Shown: positions 60,801 to 64,000 of the stretch, one piece after another
Layout: the number at the start of each line of letters is the position of its first letter
How positions within the stretch are numbered: position 1 is the first letter of the stretch
Source of the DNA: an uncultured virus (IMG/VR IMGVR_UViG_3300046536_000804)
Lineage: Duplodnaviria > Heunggongvirae > Uroviricota > Caudoviricetes
Length of the DNA stretch: 64,000 nucleotides
Virus record (IMG/VR): IMGVR_UViG_3300046536_000804
Strand: one strand, 5' to 3'
Translations under genes and position numbers: made by a program
The notes under the pieces: model-generated
Databases searched by the model: none
Told to the model about the DNA's origin: nothing
The model's input: the letters and a program-made list of their open reading frames with translations, nothing else

Positions 60801-61510
60801 GACCGCGGCTGGGCCAACCGCGGTTCTTGGGATCTCAGATGACAGTCGGATTACGGGGCGGGCGGAGCCGGAGGGGCGGGCGGCGTCGGCGTGTTGGCCG
60901 CAACGGCTGCAGCCAGGGCGGCGTCGGACGCCTTCAGCGAGTCGACTTCGGCTTGCACCGGGGCGAGCTCTGCGGCGGTGGCGCCGTTGAGCAGCGCGGC
61001 ATCGACGGCGGCTTGCATACGCGCCGCGAAACCGTTGATCAGGGCGATGGCGGAATCGACCACACCGGTGATCGAGGTGACCTCGTTGGCGAGGTCGGTA
61101 AGGATGGGACTGGACATGACACATCTCCTTGGGTAAGTGGACATTACAGACACACGGGTTGACCCCGTGCATCTGTAAACTTTACCAAAAAGGTGTCACA
61201 GTTACACGGGTTGATCCCGCAATTCTCAGGACTTATCACTTGCGATCGCTTGCTCCAACTGAACTCGGTGATCGTGCAAAGCGTCGCGCAGTTTCAACAG
61301 CAAGGTATCGTCTTTTCTGCCCTTGATTAGCTCGTCGACCTCCTGCTTGGTAAGACCATCCAGCTTGACGTCAAGCCGAATCAGCTCGTCAAGACCGTCA
61401 AGTTTCTTCTCGATCCGATCAAGTCTTGCGACGATCTCGTTAAGTTTGAGAAGAAGTTTCACGATATCCTCCACGGAGTATTGGGGATGGGCGTCCCCAA
61501 ATAATACCAT
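57818..61510 (-). other. Secreted/membrane/coiled-coil hypothetical genes (57818-58894, 58904-59200, 59248-59475, 59547-60140, 60360-60761, 60851-61117, 61226-61510)
   Basis: Signal peptides, Pro-rich linkers and transmembrane-plus-coiled-coil composition; possibly a lysis/envelope module. Confidence 0.6.
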
Positions 61511-62240
61511 ACCTCACCCGGTGGCGATAGACGGCAATCGTAGTTGGCATCATTTACCCGATGCAAAGGGGTCGTCGGTCGGCGACGGTCCGAGGTTACT
61601 CGGACCGTCCGGCCCGTAAAGCTCGTCATGATACTCGTCGCACCGCCGCTTGAACTCGGGCGACGGGGGTAAACACGGCCAGGCTTCAATGCTTGGAAGT
61701 TCGATGCCGAATGCCTCGGCAAGTTCCTTGCGGTTCTCGTGGCACAGACCATGACCTGCTTCACGAAGGAACCTATCCACTGCAGCTTGAAGTGGATCTG
61801 GCCTAGCCATGGCCTCCTGGATCACAACCACCGCAAATCGATAGGCGGTTGCCATGCCGTCGTGATGAAGGCTGTGAAACGTGTCATCATTCTTCGCCAG
61901 CGACTGAAAACGTACGGCCCTCGCCGAAAGTTCGGCGAGGGCTCCTGAAAGACGCGGGTCGATAATCGGCATAAATATTCCTTGCTTGCGTCTTTGACCC
62001 GACGAAGAGGGTCGTTGGTTAATGATCTCGTCCGTTCGGATAGTGGGGCTTCTCCTTGAACTTTGCAGTGCTATCCGACGGGACGACACGGTAGGAAGTG
62101 CGAGACCCGCGAACGCCTTTGCGTTGCGAGTCTCGCAGCCGTTTTGCATAGCCGAGAGCTTTCGCTCGTTCACCAGTAAAGGCGACGTGCTCTTTCCCTC
62201 GGCTGGTTTTGATGACATCGTAGAGCACGAGTCTCCTCAG

Positions 62241-62690
62241 TTACGCAGCCTTGGTCGTGGCGGCCGTGGCCTCGATCTCCATTTCCACCAGATCCAGGTA
62301 TTGTTTCATGTTCTCGAGGCCACCCACGCGGGTGACCATATCGCGGACCTCGAAGAACGTTACCACCTCGTGGAGCCGTAGCGGGGCTATCTTCTTGTCC
62401 TGAGGGGCGGGGTCGGCCTGAATGGCTGCAGGCATGTGCTTGCCATTGCTGGCGGCGCCGTTGGCTGGCGTGGTCGCTGCGGTCTTCTTCGAAGTCGCCT
62501 TCTTCTTGGCTCTGACCGCCCTGGTATTGTAGACCAGGCCGGCGCTGGTCTCCAGGCCGGTCAAGCGTTCTGTTTCGTCGGCAACGGCCTTCGCCGCTGC
62601 GTCATTAACGCGATCGAGGACCTCGTTAATTACGGCCGTACGGGACAGGCCGATAACGTCTTTGCTGGTCAAGTTCGTCAGGTGTGCCAT
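62241..62690 (-). CDS. Hypothetical protein with basic linker
   Basis: Start MAHLT at 62690 with AAGGAG RBS. Confidence 0.65.
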   Translation of the reverse strand: MAHLTNLTSKDVIGLSRTAVINEVLDRVNDAAAKAVADETERLTGLETSAGLVYNTRAVRAKKKATSKKTAATTPANGAASNGKHMPAAIQADPAPQDKKIAPLRLHEVVTFFEVRDMVTRVGGLENMKQYLDLVEMEIEATAATTKAA

Positions 62691-62751
62691 CTGAAATTCT
62701 CCTTCGAGTAATGATGTTGGGGATAGGGCGAGACAGAAAACGTTTTGATTG

Positions 62752-63195
62752 TTACTTCTTCTTTTCGACCGGTGCCGGACGACTGAATCGCCCGGCTTCG
62801 AGAATGGGCAGGCCGCCTTCCGTCGGCACGTAGATGATTTCACGACCAGTGTTTTCACTGATCCCATGGATCCACAAATACAACAAGTATTCATGGTTGT
62901 CCTTCAGGCCCTCGCCGATGATCCGATTGGCTTCGGCGACGCCTTTGGCACGTTCAATCTCCGCCGCGGCAAGATCCTTGGCGGCTTCACGCTTGGCATG
63001 AGCTTCCTGCATCATGATCTGCTTGCTGCTCTCAGCCTCCTTGAGCTTGGCCATGCCGGCCATCTCTTGCTGATAGACGTGGTAGTGCGGACAGCCCCAC
63101 ATCGGCAGGACGACCATCCCGATTAGAGCGGCCGGGATAATGAGCATGAGGCAACCGATCAGGCCGACCGAAATCTTATCGTCAGAGCTGGACAT
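62752..63195 (-). CDS. SPFH/band-7-related membrane protein
   Basis: N-terminal transmembrane segment; AEIERAKGVAEANRIIG...YLLYLWI...IYVPTEGGLPILEA pattern. Confidence 0.7.
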   Translation of the reverse strand: MSSSDDKISVGLIGCLMLIIPAALIGMVVLPMWGCPHYHVYQQEMAGMAKLKEAESSKQIMMQEAHAKREAAKDLAAAEIERAKGVAEANRIIGEGLKDNHEYLLYLWIHGISENTGREIIYVPTEGGLPILEAGRFSRPAPVEKKK

Positions 63196-64000
63196 TCAAA
63201 TCTCCCTCAGGTTGTTGTAAAGATCGAAGCACGCCGTCACAACCGATGTGAACGGCATCGTGGACGCAAGGGTGTTCGTCCCATGGACAAAGACAGTCCG
63301 GACAAGGTGCAGAACTGAGACAAGTCAGGCCCACCGGCAGCTTGCCGTGGTCAATCAGGTTGCCCAGATTGGCCACCAGCGCACGCAGTTGATGGGTAAA
63401 GTTTGATAGCTCAATGTGCGGCATACCTTGGAGACATCGCATGGGACGGTCCCTCACTTGGTGACATCAAGAAACGTGATCTGATAGAGATCGAGCGAGC
63501 AATAATCTACCCTACCGTCATCGGTCTCGACTAGGGCATAAGTTGTCGAAGAGTTATATCGCCTGATCCAGGCGTGCCAGTAACAATCAAACGCCTGCTG
63601 ATTACCACTGACATGGCATCGCCGCCGACCGGTGACGGCTGACACCAGCGGCGGTGCTGGCGGAGCGGCCAGCATCTCGCGGTAACGTTGAAGCATACGG
63701 ATGAGCCGAGGTTGCGGCAGAGGGTCATTGCTGACCATCACAAGCATCTGATTGACCTCTTCGAGCAGATGCTCTCGTTCAGTGACATCTTCCATGTCTG
63801 GTCTCATTTCATTGCAAGGGGTGAAAAAAGCAGCAGCCAGAAAATAAAGCCAGCAAGAGGGAAGAACGAAATGCCGAAACCCCAGCAGAACCCCTTCAGC
63901 CACCCGTAGTTGAAGCCGTTGATGTGGGCCAGCACTTCATCGCTGGTTGCGTACTGATAGCGTTTCACGGTTTCTCCTTTGGGTGCAGAGTTTTGTTGTG

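Larger units (their letters stand above)
445..62014 (-). repeat. Dispersed ~26-nt pseudoknot-like element family (at least 37 copies)
   Basis: + strand consensus NNTC-WTTB-ACCC-GANN-N4-GGGT-TA; starts at 445, 1593, 6377, 7647, 7676, 14359, 20886, 20931, 21216, 38553, 39471, 40830, 42496, 45487, 45611, 47447, 47493, 47539, 48014, 48698, 48893, 49621, 50042, 50247, 50781, 51357, 51440, 51933, 52714, 53092, 55977, 57795, 59213, 59500, 60161, 61548, 61989. Confidence 0.92.

Noticed and set aside
445..62014. The element as a canonical integron attC site or Rho-independent terminator
   Set aside because: It is far shorter than attC, lacks the paired GTTRRRY box, and no integrase is in the window; it has no U-tract, and true terminators occur separately
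1..64000. Many long plus-strand ORFs in the track (e.g. 24580-25773, 34299-35402, 21062-22177)
   Set aside because: They are antisense shadows of motif-bearing minus-strand genes in GC-rich DNA and show no recognisable motifs
1..64000. Genome-wide TAG or TAA reassignment suggested by the suppressor-like tRNAs
   Set aside because: Long genes are intact under the standard code, and TAG/TAA end many genes directly before the next RBS; only the Pth2-like gene is interrupted

Overview
This window reads as part of a large, GC-rich dsDNA tailed phage genome with essentially all genes on the minus strand. It holds: an atypical tRNA cluster (about 480-1590) with an HNH endonuclease and an amber-interrupted Pth2-like gene; a head module (prohead protease, scaffold, decoration protein, major capsid protein; about 5.4-10.6 kb); a phage multisubunit RNA polymerase split as beta+beta'-N (32154-36596) and beta'-C (18508-20871); ThyX, a GHKL ATPase, an SNF2-like helicase, a thermonuclease, a 2H-phosphoesterase/InPase polyvalent protein and many small hypothetical genes. 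The main discovery is a co-oriented ~26-nt element present in at least 37 copies. It has two interleaved covarying stems (compact H-type pseudoknot geometry), overlaps the stop codons of 11 genes, marks domain junctions inside a polyvalent protein and forms 45-46-nt-period mini-arrays. Also notable: amber- and ochre-suppressor-like tRNAs next to the TAG-interrupted Pth2 gene, tRNAs with large structured D-loop insertions, a one-spacer CRISPR-like mini-array with a distant solitary repeat copy, and a conserved bipartite promoter-like motif. All calls come from reading the sequence by eye; no database search was run.
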